Origin: a virus
Direction: 5' to 3' (one strand)
IMG/VR virus record: IMGVR_UViG_3300048837_000549
Coordinates: 13,112 to 77,111 of that record
DNA: 64,000 bases
The notes under the pieces are model-generated. The model searched no databases. It was not told the DNA's origin and saw nothing but the letters and a program-made list of their open reading frames with translations. Both the position numbers and the translations under genes were made by a program. This document shows positions 29,874 to 39,281 of the stretch, in pieces (position 1 is the first letter of the stretch; every line of letters begins with the position of its first letter).

Positions 29874-30070
29874 ATGAAAAGATACAGGAGATATGAAGAA
29901 TCAGTGTTTAAATTTAAACTTTCTGATTTCGGTATTAAAGATTTAGTTGAATTAACACATTTTATTGATGATTTAAAAAAAATAATATAAAATGGGATCA
30001 GTTAAAACCAGGCACATTTTTATTTTCTAATGAAAATGATTTTAATAAAGCAAAAGATTTGCTAAAATAA
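29874..30070 (+). pseudogene. MKRY-family gene broken at an A8 run (stop at 29990; the -1 frame runs to 30070)
   Basis: MKRYRRYEES; TACTAATAG and GAGG upstream. Confidence 0.5.
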
Positions 30071-30082
30071 GAGGTAATTAAA

Positions 30083-30421
30083 ATGAAAAGATATAAAAGA
30101 AAATTTGAAGAAGCCTTTCCTCCTAATAATGTTTCTTGGAATGTATATGTAATATTTTCTAAACTTCCTAATTTACTAAAAGATTTAACTTCTGAAATAG
30201 GTAATATGTCTTCAGTATTTTTTGAAAGTGATGCCAAAGGTGCTAGAGGAAAAGCTACTATGGAAGAAGATTATAAAGGGAAACTAATTGTATTTAACTC
30301 TGCTAAAAATAAATATTTAGAAGTTTTAATAGATACTAAAAATCCCTCAAGTACTAAATGGATCAGGTCAGTATCAGGAGATTCATTAAAAAATATAGCA
30401 TTAGAGTTAAACACAAAATAA
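30083..30421 (+). CDS. putative internal head protein (MKRY family)
   Basis: MKRYKRKFEEA; GAGGT SD. Confidence 0.5.
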   Translation: MKRYKRKFEEAFPPNNVSWNVYVIFSKLPNLLKDLTSEIGNMSSVFFESDAKGARGKATMEEDYKGKLIVFNSAKNKYLEVLIDTKNPSSTKWIRSVSGDSLKNIALELNTK

Positions 30422-30433
30422 AGGGTAATTTAA

Positions 30434-32416
30434 ATGAATAAAAAGATTTCATTAGAAGAAAGAGCAAAACAAAAAGGAAAGACACTTCTTATTGAAAGTA
30501 TTTCTTATTTGCCTAATATAGAAGATGTTAAAGTAGAAACTAAACTTATTGAAGCTATAACTGGTAAGCAACATGAATGTAGAGGTGTTCTTAAAAATGT
30601 TCCTGTTACTAGATTTACCGAGAATGCTAATGGAAGAATTTATCCTAAAGAGTTATGGGCTGAAGTAGAAAAAAGAAAAACTTTTGAGGGAGCGGATTGT
30701 CTAGCAGATCACGCTGCTGAGGGAGATGGTAGCGTTCTTGATACGGTGGGTATTTGGAAAAACTTCAAAGTCGGTGAAGATATCGCCACCGCTGATTTAT
30801 ATTGTATAGGTGCTGCTGGAAATCTTTTGTTAGAGAAAGCCAGAGCCGGTGGAAAAGTTGGTTTCTCAACTGTAGCTTTCGGTACATTGAGTGAATCCGA
30901 TAACAAAACTGTTATGACAGAAGATTTCGAGTTTGAAAATTGCGACTGGGTCCGCAAGCCAAGTCAGAATGTATTTGCTACACAAGAAAATCTAGAAGAA
31001 TCTATTAAAGAAAGTGTAGAAATAAAAAAAGAAAATAAAATTATAGAAAATAATTTTACTAATAATTATAAAGAAGAAAAAACGGTAGAGGTAAAACAGA
31101 TGGATAAATTTTCAGAATCAACATTTAAAAATCTTATACGTGCTACCATTAAGGAAGCGAATGCTAATGAAAACTACGTTGAGGCTATAGAAGAGCTTAA
31201 AGAAGTTTCTAAGACAATTCCTTCTGAAATGGTTGAACAAATTGCACAAGTAGACACAGCAATTACACAGATTCAAAGTAAACTACATGAGCAAAAAGAA
31301 CAAGCACAAAAAGAGCTAAAGGAATCAAAAGAAACTCTTGAAAGCATGACTAAAAAGTATGAAGCCTCATGTAATACTATAAAAGTTTTAAAAGAGAATC
31401 TAGAAAAAGCTTCAAAAATTGTTGAAAAAGTAAATGATAAAGATACTGTAAAAACAATTAAACTTATGTCAGAAGACCTTGATCAATTTGAATCTGATAG
31501 AAAGCTAATGGAATCAGACATTAAAAAATTTATTGAATCTATTGAAGCTCTTAAAGAAGATGTTAAGCTTATGTCTGAAGATATTAAATGTTTTGAAGAA
31601 GACACAATACTTAGAGATAAAGATATTGCAAGGTTCAAAGAAGAACGAGGTAAAATGAAAAATAAAAATAGTAAACTCTCAAAACAACTTAAAGTAGCAG
31701 AACGCCATATTAAAAGACTTGAGAAAACCTTGAAAGAAGAATTTGATTATGAATTTGATGATGAAATTGTAGATGACGAGTTTGTAGATGACACTATGAT
31801 TATAGATGATGAGTTTGTAGACGAATCTGATATTGATGATGTATTTGCGGATGAAGATGACTTCTACATGGAATCAGAAGATGAAGACGAAGAAGATGAA
31901 ATGGAAGAAGATTCCGATGACGCTGATGAAATTTCAGATGGTGCTCTTGAAGAATCTGACGATGAAGATGAAGACGAAGAAGATGAAGACGAATTAGAAG
32001 AGTCTGATGACGATGATGAAGACGAAGAAGATGAAGAACTTGAAGAAGAAGAAGACGACGAAGAAGAGTCTGACGACGACAAAATGGCTGCTGTAAGAGA
32101 TGCTAAAAAAGAAGCTCTTAGACGTAAGAAAAGACTTCAGGTTAAAAAATTAGAAGCTAAAAAAGCATCTAAGAAAAAATCAGTTAAAGAGTCTAAAGCA
32201 CCAGTAAAGGAAGTTGTTGAATATTACAAAGCAATTTCTAAAACTAAACCAGCTATTAGAGATATTAAAGAAGCAGTTCTTAAATCAAGATCACTTCTAG
32301 AAGCTGTTAAGAAAGTATCTATGTTTGAGCATAAGTTTGGTAATGATGTTCACAAACTAAAAGAATCAGCTCAGAGTAATAAACAAGAGTTTACAAAATA
32401 TAAGTTCACTGTTTAA
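30434..32416 (+). CDS. prohead protease (T4 gp21-like) fused to scaffold
   Basis: NANGRIYP, LADH, VGFST..G and DWV..PS motifs; coiled coil and acidic tract; directly upstream of the MCP gene. Confidence 0.8.
   Translation: MNKKISLEERAKQKGKTLLIESISYLPNIEDVKVETKLIEAITGKQHECRGVLKNVPVTRFTENANGRIYPKELWAEVEKRKTFEGADCLADHAAEGDGSVLDTVGIWKNFKVGEDIATADLYCIGAAGNLLLEKARAGGKVGFSTVAFGTLSESDNKTVMTEDFEFENCDWVRKPSQNVFATQENLEESIKESVEIKKENKIIENNFTNNYKEEKTVEVKQMDKFSESTFKNLIRATIKEANANENYVEAIEELKEVSKTIPSEMVEQIAQVDTAITQIQSKLHEQKEQAQKELKESKETLESMTKKYEASCNTIKVLKENLEKASKIVEKVNDKDTVKTIKLMSEDLDQFESDRKLMESDIKKFIESIEALKEDVKLMSEDIKCFEEDTILRDKDIARFKEERGKMKNKNSKLSKQLKVAERHIKRLEKTLKEEFDYEFDDEIVDDEFVDDTMIIDDEFVDESDIDDVFADEDDFYMESEDEDEEDEMEEDSDDADEISDGALEESDDEDEDEEDEDELEESDDDDEDEEDEELEEEEDDEEESDDDKMAAVRDAKKEALRRKKRLQVKKLEAKKASKKKSVKESKAPVKEVVEYYKAISKTKPAIRDIKEAVLKSRSLLEAVKKVSMFEHKFGNDVHKLKESAQSNKQEFTKYKFTV
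31100..32416 (+). CDS. nested scaffold protein (in-frame internal start)
   Basis: TACTAATAA at 31057 and GAGGT SD before in-frame ATG 31100 (Met223). Confidence 0.6.
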   Translation: MDKFSESTFKNLIRATIKEANANENYVEAIEELKEVSKTIPSEMVEQIAQVDTAITQIQSKLHEQKEQAQKELKESKETLESMTKKYEASCNTIKVLKENLEKASKIVEKVNDKDTVKTIKLMSEDLDQFESDRKLMESDIKKFIESIEALKEDVKLMSEDIKCFEEDTILRDKDIARFKEERGKMKNKNSKLSKQLKVAERHIKRLEKTLKEEFDYEFDDEIVDDEFVDDTMIIDDEFVDESDIDDVFADEDDFYMESEDEDEEDEMEEDSDDADEISDGALEESDDEDEDEEDEDELEESDDDDEDEEDEELEEEEDDEEESDDDKMAAVRDAKKEALRRKKRLQVKKLEAKKASKKKSVKESKAPVKEVVEYYKAISKTKPAIRDIKEAVLKSRSLLEAVKKVSMFEHKFGNDVHKLKESAQSNKQEFTKYKFTV

Positions 32417-32430
32417 TTAGCTTAGTAAAT

Positions 32431-32455
32431 CTCCTCTAGAAATGGAGGGGGTTTT
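32431..32455 (+). terminator. intrinsic terminator
   Basis: CTCCTCT-AGAAAT-GGAGGGG then TTTT. Confidence 0.55.
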
Positions 32456-32467
32456 AAAAAGTATTCT

Positions 32468-32516
32468 TACTAATAATAAATGTAAGAATATTTTTTAAAA
32501 TTATTTTTACTAATAA
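32468..32516 (+). promoter_or_regulatory. tandem late promoters for the major capsid gene
   Basis: TTACTAATAATAAA at both 32467 and 32507. Confidence 0.65.
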
Positions 32517-32704
32517 TAAAATGAAACAAATAGGAAAGTATAGAGACTTGATTCATAAAGTAAGAAAGTGAGCTACAAGAAGCCAACCAAATTATCCATT
32601 AGGGTTTGAAAAAATAGACATTATTATATAGACTTAAAAAACTTTATAAAGATTTTTCAGTATAGATTCAAAAAATTAAATTTACAAAAAGGTGTAAATA
32701 CAAT

Positions 32705-34153
32705 ATGAAACACGGAAGACAAAAAATGAGCGAGTCTCAAATGAAAGAGATAGTTCAACAAGAATGGGCATCTAAATCTAGAATCGGAGAAGCATGTGTA
32801 GCAAAATGGTCTAAGATGGATTTAGTTGGAAAAGAAATGCTTGAAAAATACGCTGAGAATCCTGCTAAGATTCGTAAAGCAGCTATTATGCTTGAAAATC
32901 AAGAAAAAGTTCTAAAACAGATTATGAAAGAGAATCTTTATTCTACTACTTTTGGAACATCTGTAAAACCTGAGCATATGCTTAAAGCAATATTCCTTGG
33001 AGCTGCTAACTCAAAGAGGGGAGATATATTCACAGAATATCCACTTACTTCTACTGATGACGCATTATTCTACATTCAATCAGTTTATGAGAGCACTGTT
33101 CGTGGAGCAACTGCAGGAGCTAGATCTTATGAGAGCATGTCTCCTTACTACTCTGGAGAACAATATTTTGGCTCAGTAGGAACAGGTAACGGAGCACTTA
33201 CAGCATTCGTTTCTGCGCCTATGGCTTATCTACCACTTATTCCTTTTAAGACTGTAATCACTTTAGGTGGAGCTCAAATAGCTGTTGATAATGGTTCTGG
33301 AGTTCTTGTAGGTTCACTTCTTAATCCAGCACTTACTAACACAGTTAACTATGCTACAGGTGTTATTACTCTTAATTTTCTTGTAGCACCTGCTAATTTA
33401 GCTCCTATTACTTGTGTATACAATTGGAACTCAGAAGATGCAACTAACTATACCAATTATGGTACTATGAGCCTTGAACTTGTGAAAGCTAGATTCAACG
33501 CACGTCCTATGCCTCTTGGATATAGAATTTCAGATATGACTCAGATTATGTTTGAGACAACTGGTCTTGGAGATGCTAAAGACTATATGGCACAAGCAGT
33601 TGGTCAAGAACATGCAAGAGCAAAAGATTATAGAGCGATTGCACAAGCAAGACGTGTAGCACTTGGAAACGCAGTAGCAACATTTGATACAGACTTCGCA
33701 GCAGCTGGTGAAATCAGTTATAAGTCACACGCTCAAAGAGTACTTACAGAGATTGAAAGAGTTGGAGCAGTTATATATGACGATCTAAAGAGAGGTGGTA
33801 TTACTGATATCGTTGCAGGAGCAAAAGCAACCGCATATCTTAAAAATCATGATCTTTGGAAAGACGTTTCAGGAGATGCTAAGAATGGAGTTTATCAAGC
33901 TGGTACACTTTCAGACATGAAAGTATTTACTTGTCCAGCAGATGCAGCTCTTGTAGCAACTAACGAAATGCTTCTTGTATATAAGAACCCACAAGAGTCC
34001 ATGGATGTAAGTATATTATTCGGAACTCTTGCAGAAATCGACGCTAGTTTAAGATATCCAAATTTTGTAACTGAGGGAAATTCCTGTGTAATTGAGGACA
34101 GCCGTGTCGTGAACGGAAAATTCATTCGGTTAATGCAACTACAGTCTCTTTAA
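32705..34153 (+). CDS. major capsid protein (T4 gp23-like)
   Basis: KW...AIMLENQ N-terminus like gp23; position after protease/scaffold; biased codon usage. Confidence 0.85.
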   Translation: MKHGRQKMSESQMKEIVQQEWASKSRIGEACVAKWSKMDLVGKEMLEKYAENPAKIRKAAIMLENQEKVLKQIMKENLYSTTFGTSVKPEHMLKAIFLGAANSKRGDIFTEYPLTSTDDALFYIQSVYESTVRGATAGARSYESMSPYYSGEQYFGSVGTGNGALTAFVSAPMAYLPLIPFKTVITLGGAQIAVDNGSGVLVGSLLNPALTNTVNYATGVITLNFLVAPANLAPITCVYNWNSEDATNYTNYGTMSLELVKARFNARPMPLGYRISDMTQIMFETTGLGDAKDYMAQAVGQEHARAKDYRAIAQARRVALGNAVATFDTDFAAAGEISYKSHAQRVLTEIERVGAVIYDDLKRGGITDIVAGAKATAYLKNHDLWKDVSGDAKNGVYQAGTLSDMKVFTCPADAALVATNEMLLVYKNPQESMDVSILFGTLAEIDASLRYPNFVTEGNSCVIEDSRVVNGKFIRLMQLQSL

Positions 34154-34173
34154 TATTTAAGTAGATTAAATTT

Positions 34174-34204
34174 AAAAGCCCTATAAAATTTTATAGGGCT
34201 TTTT
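34174..34204. terminator. bidirectional terminator
   Basis: AAAAGCCCTATAA-AATT-TTATAGGGCTTTT between convergent genes. Confidence 0.75.
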
Positions 34205-34792
34205 ATTTTGTATTTGTTTTGTTAAACAGTCATAATTTAACCTTGTTTTATACTCTGGGTTTTCAATTAATTTTGTAATATCGTCAAACATAATAATAAA
34301 ATTATTATCATAATAACTTTCAGGTATTCTAAATAAATATAAATCAGGTTTTTTAATAAATATTTCTTTTTCCCTGAGTAAATCTGCTTCAATTTGTTTA
34401 GGAGAATTATGCCCATACTCATCAAATTCTATAGCAATTCTAATTTCGTTACTATTTTTAAAATAGAAGTCGAAAAATCTATATTTATTTTTTGATAGTC
34501 TAAGGTCACCGATATAGACACCCCTCTCCCTCTTTACATATTTTCTATTATCTCTATCATAAATACAAAACTCAAATTTATATTTATAGTTAAAATACTT
34601 ATCAATTTCTATAAAGAGTGATGTGGCTTTATGCGAAATAGAATATATCCTACAATGACGTGACTTATTTTTTATATATGTTTTTTCCTTCTTAATCTCC
34701 TTCAATTTTTTATCTTCTATGGATAAATTTCTATTATGCTCATGCATACTATTTAAAGCTATCGGATTATAAGTTACTCCAAACTCTTTCAT
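34181..34792 (-). CDS. free-standing PD-(D/E)xK (Vsr/DUF559-like) endonuclease, probably 5'-truncated
   Basis: FFDFY...IAIEFDEYGH...D..RE...LFRI; related to 59222..60439. Confidence 0.6.
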   Translation of the reverse strand: MKEFGVTYNPIALNSMHEHNRNLSIEDKKLKEIKKEKTYIKNKSRHCRIYSISHKATSLFIEIDKYFNYKYKFEFCIYDRDNRKYVKRERGVYIGDLRLSKNKYRFFDFYFKNSNEIRIAIEFDEYGHNSPKQIEADLLREKEIFIKKPDLYLFRIPESYYDNNFIIMFDDITKLIENPEYKTRLNYDCLTKQIQNKKPYKIL

Positions 34793-34844
34793 ACACCAAG
34801 CTTGATACTTTTTTAAAGTCTCAGCTTTTTCTTCATCGGTTCGA

Positions 34845-35078
34845 TTAGCATGCCCCTCGGAAACTTGTGAAAGATATTTTTAAAAGTTCTGTCTCCCAAT
34901 CTATATCAAGAAATATTTTTTCATATTGATCTTGTCTACCATTACAATTTTCTTTATATATAAAATCAAGAAATTTTATTGCTTCTGGAATTGTTCTCCC
35001 GTTTAAGTCATCAATAATATTTTCTATTAAAATTTCTCTTGTAGTTGGTCTTTCTTTCTCCGTTGTCATAATTAACAC
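34845..35078 (-). CDS. hypothetical protein
   Basis: ORF in a minus-strand operon. Confidence 0.45.
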   Translation of the reverse strand: MLIMTTEKERPTTREILIENIIDDLNGRTIPEAIKFLDFIYKENCNGRQDQYEKIFLDIDWETELLKISFTSFRGAC

Positions 35079-35269
35079 TCCTTATTTAAATTTCTATCTA
35101 AAAAACTGGCTATTCCTTCATTTCTTTTATATTCATCTAACATTTGTCTTACTGCTTCTAATCGGACGTGATCTTCTTTTTTCTGTTCTTGTTTAACTAA
35201 AGAACACTTAGCATCTGAACATAATAAGTTAAAACTATTTACGCATATATGATAATGTATACACTTCAT
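35072..35269 (-). CDS. small Cys-rich protein
   Basis: AGGAG SD; Cys cluster. Confidence 0.5.
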   Translation of the reverse strand: MKCIHYHICVNSFNLLCSDAKCSLVKQEQKKEDHVRLEAVRQMLDEYKRNEGIASFLDRNLNKEC

Positions 35270-35514
35270 TTCTCGTTAAACTCCTTTAGTTTCATATTAA
35301 AGTAATCTTCAAAGGTCATTTCAAGTCTTGCATAATGTTCAAGACCATCTGAAGCAATAATAATATCAGTCAGATATTTTTCTTTGAGCAGCTTAACTAT
35401 TAAATAATCTTTTTTATTTTGGCTCATATCAAATAATGTTATCATTTTAATTTTCTCCTTATTTAAATCTTACTCATATATAATATAAATAAGATTTAGA
35501 TTTTTTAAAACTTT

Positions 35515-35799
35515 TTATTCAGTAATAATAGCGAATCTTGGAAGAAATGCGTATAAAAAATCTACAGTTCTTCTATCAAGATTGTTGTGTATACCTATAA
35601 CATCGTGAAAGAAATTAAAATTATCAGCTTCAAATAACCTCTGTAGATCCAATCTTACGATGTTACAATGTACTAACTCAATGTCCATAGACAGAGAAAC
35701 AAAGTCAGTTTTCTCAGCCAACATTTTATTTTCAAGTGCCCTATCTACTATCTGAGTAATCCAATCTGAATCTTCTTTTGTAGCGTTAAATCTTAACAT
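35515..35799 (-). CDS. conserved small phage protein (DUF6874-like)
   Basis: MDI...H...LDL..L..AD.FNF.HDV.GI...L.R.T..F...FLPRFA. Confidence 0.65.
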   Translation of the reverse strand: MLRFNATKEDSDWITQIVDRALENKMLAEKTDFVSLSMDIELVHCNIVRLDLQRLFEADNFNFFHDVIGIHNNLDRRTVDFLYAFLPRFAIITE

Positions 35800-35877
35800 T
35801 TGTTTTCTCCTTACTTAATTTCTAAAACTCCTTATATCTGACTTATAATATAAACTATAAGTCAGTTACAAATAGTC

Positions 35878-36510
35878 TTATACTGTAAACTCATATCCTA
35901 TTGAGTTATTAAATTCAACATATCTCTTTTGAAGCTTAACAATCCAGTAAGACAAATTTGCCATACGTTTTTCTCCGAGTTCTACTACTATATCGCTTTT
36001 CTTCATACCATCTGCTAATAGTTGAAATAATCTTTTTTCTTTTTCTGGTAGAGTTTCTTCAAACTTGTCTCTATACATATTAAATATGATACTCCCTTCT
36101 GGAGATTCTGTTTGTCCTTGTTCAATTTTATTCAAACCCTCTTCCTGTTGTGTTACATATTCTTCTGTAATAGAATCTTTACCTTTTATATATTTTCTAT
36201 ACTCTGCAATAAAATGACTTGAGAGATAATTGCTAAAAGTACTTCCAAATGAATAACGTTCAAGATCATTTACTTTATTTAAGTCAACATAGTCTAGAGC
36301 CTGTATCATCTGGAAGTAACAATCCTGCATATTATCTTCCATTGGTTGTAAGTAACTATACTTAGAAGAATATTTTTTACAAAGTGGGGTATACTTTTTG
36401 TATAAGTGAGTTTCAATATCTTGCTTAGTTCTCCAATGTGAATTATTCTTATAAATCTCAATTACTTCTACATCTGTTTTTGCGGAGTAAATAGAATTGA
36501 CTTTTTTCAT
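35878..36510 (-). CDS. sigma-70-family RNA polymerase sigma factor
   Basis: Region-2-like LYKKYTPL...EDNMQD...ALD...SFG; region-4-like LPEKEK..F.L..G....DI. Confidence 0.65.
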   Translation of the reverse strand: MKKVNSIYSAKTDVEVIEIYKNNSHWRTKQDIETHLYKKYTPLCKKYSSKYSYLQPMEDNMQDCYFQMIQALDYVDLNKVNDLERYSFGSTFSNYLSSHFIAEYRKYIKGKDSITEEYVTQQEEGLNKIEQGQTESPEGSIIFNMYRDKFEETLPEKEKRLFQLLADGMKKSDIVVELGEKRMANLSYWIVKLQKRYVEFNNSIGYEFTV

Positions 36511-36550
36511 TTTTTATTTTTCCTTTTATTTAATTTAACTACTTATTACA

Positions 36551-36612
36551 AATATAATAATTTATATACCAAAAATGTCTACTACTTTTTTGATAAAATT
36601 TCAAAAAGTTAC
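36551..36612 (-). promoter_or_regulatory. early-type promoter module with AACTTTTT..AAAAAAGT palindrome
   Basis: One of four similar modules. Confidence 0.5.
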
Positions 36613-36672
36613 AAAAAAGAAAACAGCTAAAAATGTAGTATTCCTAGCTGTCTATACTTTTACTTATGAATT

Positions 36673-37962
36673 CTAAACTGTTCTTTCAGTTCCCTGTATA
36701 CCTTTGAATATTGGGAAACGCAATGAGTATAATCCTTCCTTGTTTTTTGTCTCCTCAAAATATTTTACTGTTATTATCATATCCTTTATTAACTCTGGAT
36801 TCTCATAGTATTCTCTTCTCTGATCAAATGTAAATCCACTTCCTACTGATACTCTATTTCCTTTATGCTCAATAATAACATTACTTAGAGTTTCAATAGT
36901 TTCTTCAAGACCAGTTTGTTTGTTTATTTGTCTGAATGGGCCAAACTCAACATCTATTACTTTGTATTCGGCATCCTCCATCTTTTTCACCTTGAGCAAG
37001 TCGTTTGATCGTTTGCCTTTATAAATTGTATTCTTTCTTACTATGAGTCCTTCCCAATTATTGTCTTCTGCCTCTTTCGAAAGTTCTAGAAATTGTTCCA
37101 TTGATTCTATCTTAGTTTGTTTCAGCATTTCAATAGCAGCACCTTTATAACGTCCTAGAGTCTTCCTTAGGTATTCTTGTCTCTCAGTAAATATAGTACG
37201 ACTCTCTTCTTTAAAGAAGTCATCATACTTAATCTGATCAAATACTAGATATTTAGGATTGGGAATATCAAAGTCTTTTTTACGAATTAGTTTCATTATA
37301 CTCTGAAAGTCTTCCACGCCCTTATCATCTACTATACAAATTTCTCCATCAAGAACAACATTTTTAAGATTCATCGTCTGAATTTCTTTTCTCAGAACTC
37401 CGAGAGTTTCAAATTCATTCCCCTGTCTGCTATAAAACTTTATATCGCCTGTGTTATCAATTACACATAGACATCTACAACCATCTATTTTCTTAGCAGA
37501 GTAATAATCCTCTTTTATAAGATCAACTTTGTTTTTAACGTCTTGGTAGCTATTAGCCAGCGCGACATTAAAGGTAGGGATTAGTCCAGGATAGACATCA
37601 TTGATAATTTTATCTCCAATTCGGCATTCAAGATCTTTATCAAGGATCTTATAAATGGTATCTTCATATTGAGGATTCAAACTTATAAAACCATTTACAA
37701 CAGCAATAGCATCGTGCCCAGTTACTCTTCTAGTTCTTAGATCCTCAAGTACGTCGAATATAGTTCCTATTTTTTTATTTATGAGAGTTTTATTCTTTTT
37801 ACAATTATCACTTGATACATTATACATTTTAAAAGGATTGTAAACAACTTCTAACATTTCTTTCATATCCGGATACCGTCGGAGTACTTCCTTTTTATCT
37901 ACACTGCTGTTTGTTTTGTTTATCTCTTCTATAAACTGTTTTGTTAATTCTAATATTTCCAT
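36673..37962 (-). CDS. ATP-dependent DNA ligase
   Basis: KIDGCR, LDGEI, EGLIVR, LLKVK and SLRFP motifs. Confidence 0.93.
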   Translation of the reverse strand: MEILELTKQFIEEINKTNSSVDKKEVLRRYPDMKEMLEVVYNPFKMYNVSSDNCKKNKTLINKKIGTIFDVLEDLRTRRVTGHDAIAVVNGFISLNPQYEDTIYKILDKDLECRIGDKIINDVYPGLIPTFNVALANSYQDVKNKVDLIKEDYYSAKKIDGCRCLCVIDNTGDIKFYSRQGNEFETLGVLRKEIQTMNLKNVVLDGEICIVDDKGVEDFQSIMKLIRKKDFDIPNPKYLVFDQIKYDDFFKEESRTIFTERQEYLRKTLGRYKGAAIEMLKQTKIESMEQFLELSKEAEDNNWEGLIVRKNTIYKGKRSNDLLKVKKMEDAEYKVIDVEFGPFRQINKQTGLEETIETLSNVIIEHKGNRVSVGSGFTFDQRREYYENPELIKDMIITVKYFEETKNKEGLYSLRFPIFKGIQGTERTV

Positions 37963-37981
37963 TTATATTCTCCTTTATATT

Positions 37982-38506
37982 TTATTCAACTTCAATACAA
38001 TATGCTATACCACTATCCCAAAGTTCCCCTTCATGATAAGTAACAGTGACATTTTCGTTCAGTTTAATTGTTTGAATTTCATTAGCACTATAACCTATTT
38101 CTTTTTGAACTAATTTCATTATATAAGAATGTAAATAGCTCTCTACAATAATTCTAATGTCCCCTGATTTAGTATGAAAATCTTTAAAGTTTTTCTTAAT
38201 AGGGGGAAGAGTTACAATAATAGCATGATTATTTTTATCTCCCCTGTTCTGATTATCTCTTCTCCATTCGAGTATAACACATATACCAGTTGATTTAGAC
38301 CATATACCATATGTAGTATCTTCATCTTTATAATTATCTACGATCTTTTTCATACCATTATTTATAACAGTAATGACTTGATCCTTATCTAAATTTATGA
38401 ATCTAGTTTTATCAATTAGTCTCTCAATGGAGTGAGCAGTATCTATAATTTTTCTGCCTTTGTATCCTAGTATACTTGCTTCTTTGTACCGCTCATACTT
38501 TCTCAT
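37982..38506 (-). CDS. MKRY-family protein, possible BECR/RelE-like RNase; paralog of 41588..42112
   Basis: MRKYERYKEA; DTAHSIER; SK..G....EWR.D. Confidence 0.45.
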   Translation of the reverse strand: MRKYERYKEASILGYKGRKIIDTAHSIERLIDKTRFINLDKDQVITVINNGMKKIVDNYKDEDTTYGIWSKSTGICVILEWRRDNQNRGDKNNHAIIVTLPPIKKNFKDFHTKSGDIRIIVESYLHSYIMKLVQKEIGYSANEIQTIKLNENVTVTYHEGELWDSGIAYCIEVE

Positions 38507-38516
38507 GTATTACTCC

Positions 38517-39182
38517 TTACTTTATTTGTCCATTAAGTGAGACTGAATCTCCTGCCATTTTACCAGCCATATAACCCTGTCTGTCACTTACAGATGCACT
38601 TGTTGATATTGTTCTTAAATTTGGATATTGTTGTTTTATAAAATTTCTAACCAACGCTTTCTCTTGAATTACAAGAGCAGTACACTGTGTGTCAAATTCA
38701 TTTTGTTTTTTATTTCTTTCTCTTAAAATCTCATCAACCTTTTGGCTAATAGAATGAGCAAACCCAAGTTTAAAGGAAAGAGAGTTTAATCTCTTGTCTC
38801 TTTTTGAGGAAAGTCTATCAAGTGTAGAATTCAAATACTCATACATTGAAACACTTACTTCAATATTATGTCTCTTCCCTAAGGCTTTGATTGTCTTTTC
38901 TCCTCTAATTCTATTGTGAATTATTATTTCACAATTGTTTAATCTCATTACAGCTGATAGTAAATTAGTTTTGAAAGAAGCTAATTTCATCCCTGATAGA
39001 ATATTATTTTCAATAATATTATTTAGATCAACTGATTCACTAACATCTGACATTTCTAGATTGTATTTCATTAAAAGTTTATTAGCGTTCTCCATAGCTA
39101 GCATTGCTTCATGCTCATTGGGGCTTTCTGAGAGAGCTAAAAGTTTTCTGATTTTATCAACAATTTTTTCCTTGTCTGTCAT
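38517..39182 (-). CDS. DUF2786-domain protein
   Basis: KIRKLLALSESPNEHEAMLA...LLMKYNL. Confidence 0.8.
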   Translation of the reverse strand: MTDKEKIVDKIRKLLALSESPNEHEAMLAMENANKLLMKYNLEMSDVSESVDLNNIIENNILSGMKLASFKTNLLSAVMRLNNCEIIIHNRIRGEKTIKALGKRHNIEVSVSMYEYLNSTLDRLSSKRDKRLNSLSFKLGFAHSISQKVDEILRERNKKQNEFDTQCTALVIQEKALVRNFIKQQYPNLRTISTSASVSDRQGYMAGKMAGDSVSLNGQIK

Positions 39183-39209
39183 ATTATTTCTCCTATAACT
39201 ACTTTTTAA

Positions 39210-39279
39210 TTAAATATAATTAAATATAACAGTACATTTAAGTCTAGTACTTTTTTGAATTGATTTCAAAAAAGTTACA
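39210..39279 (-). promoter_or_regulatory. early-type promoter module with perfect 11-bp inverted repeat
   Basis: ACTTTTTTGAA-TTGAT-TTCAAAAAAGT (39249-39275). Confidence 0.5.
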
Positions 39280-39281
39280 GT

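Noticed and set aside
31864-32082. Poly-Ser ORF on the minus strand and the GAA/GAT repeat tract
   Set aside because: It is the antisense shadow of the scaffold's Asp/Glu tract, not a gene or a repeat array.
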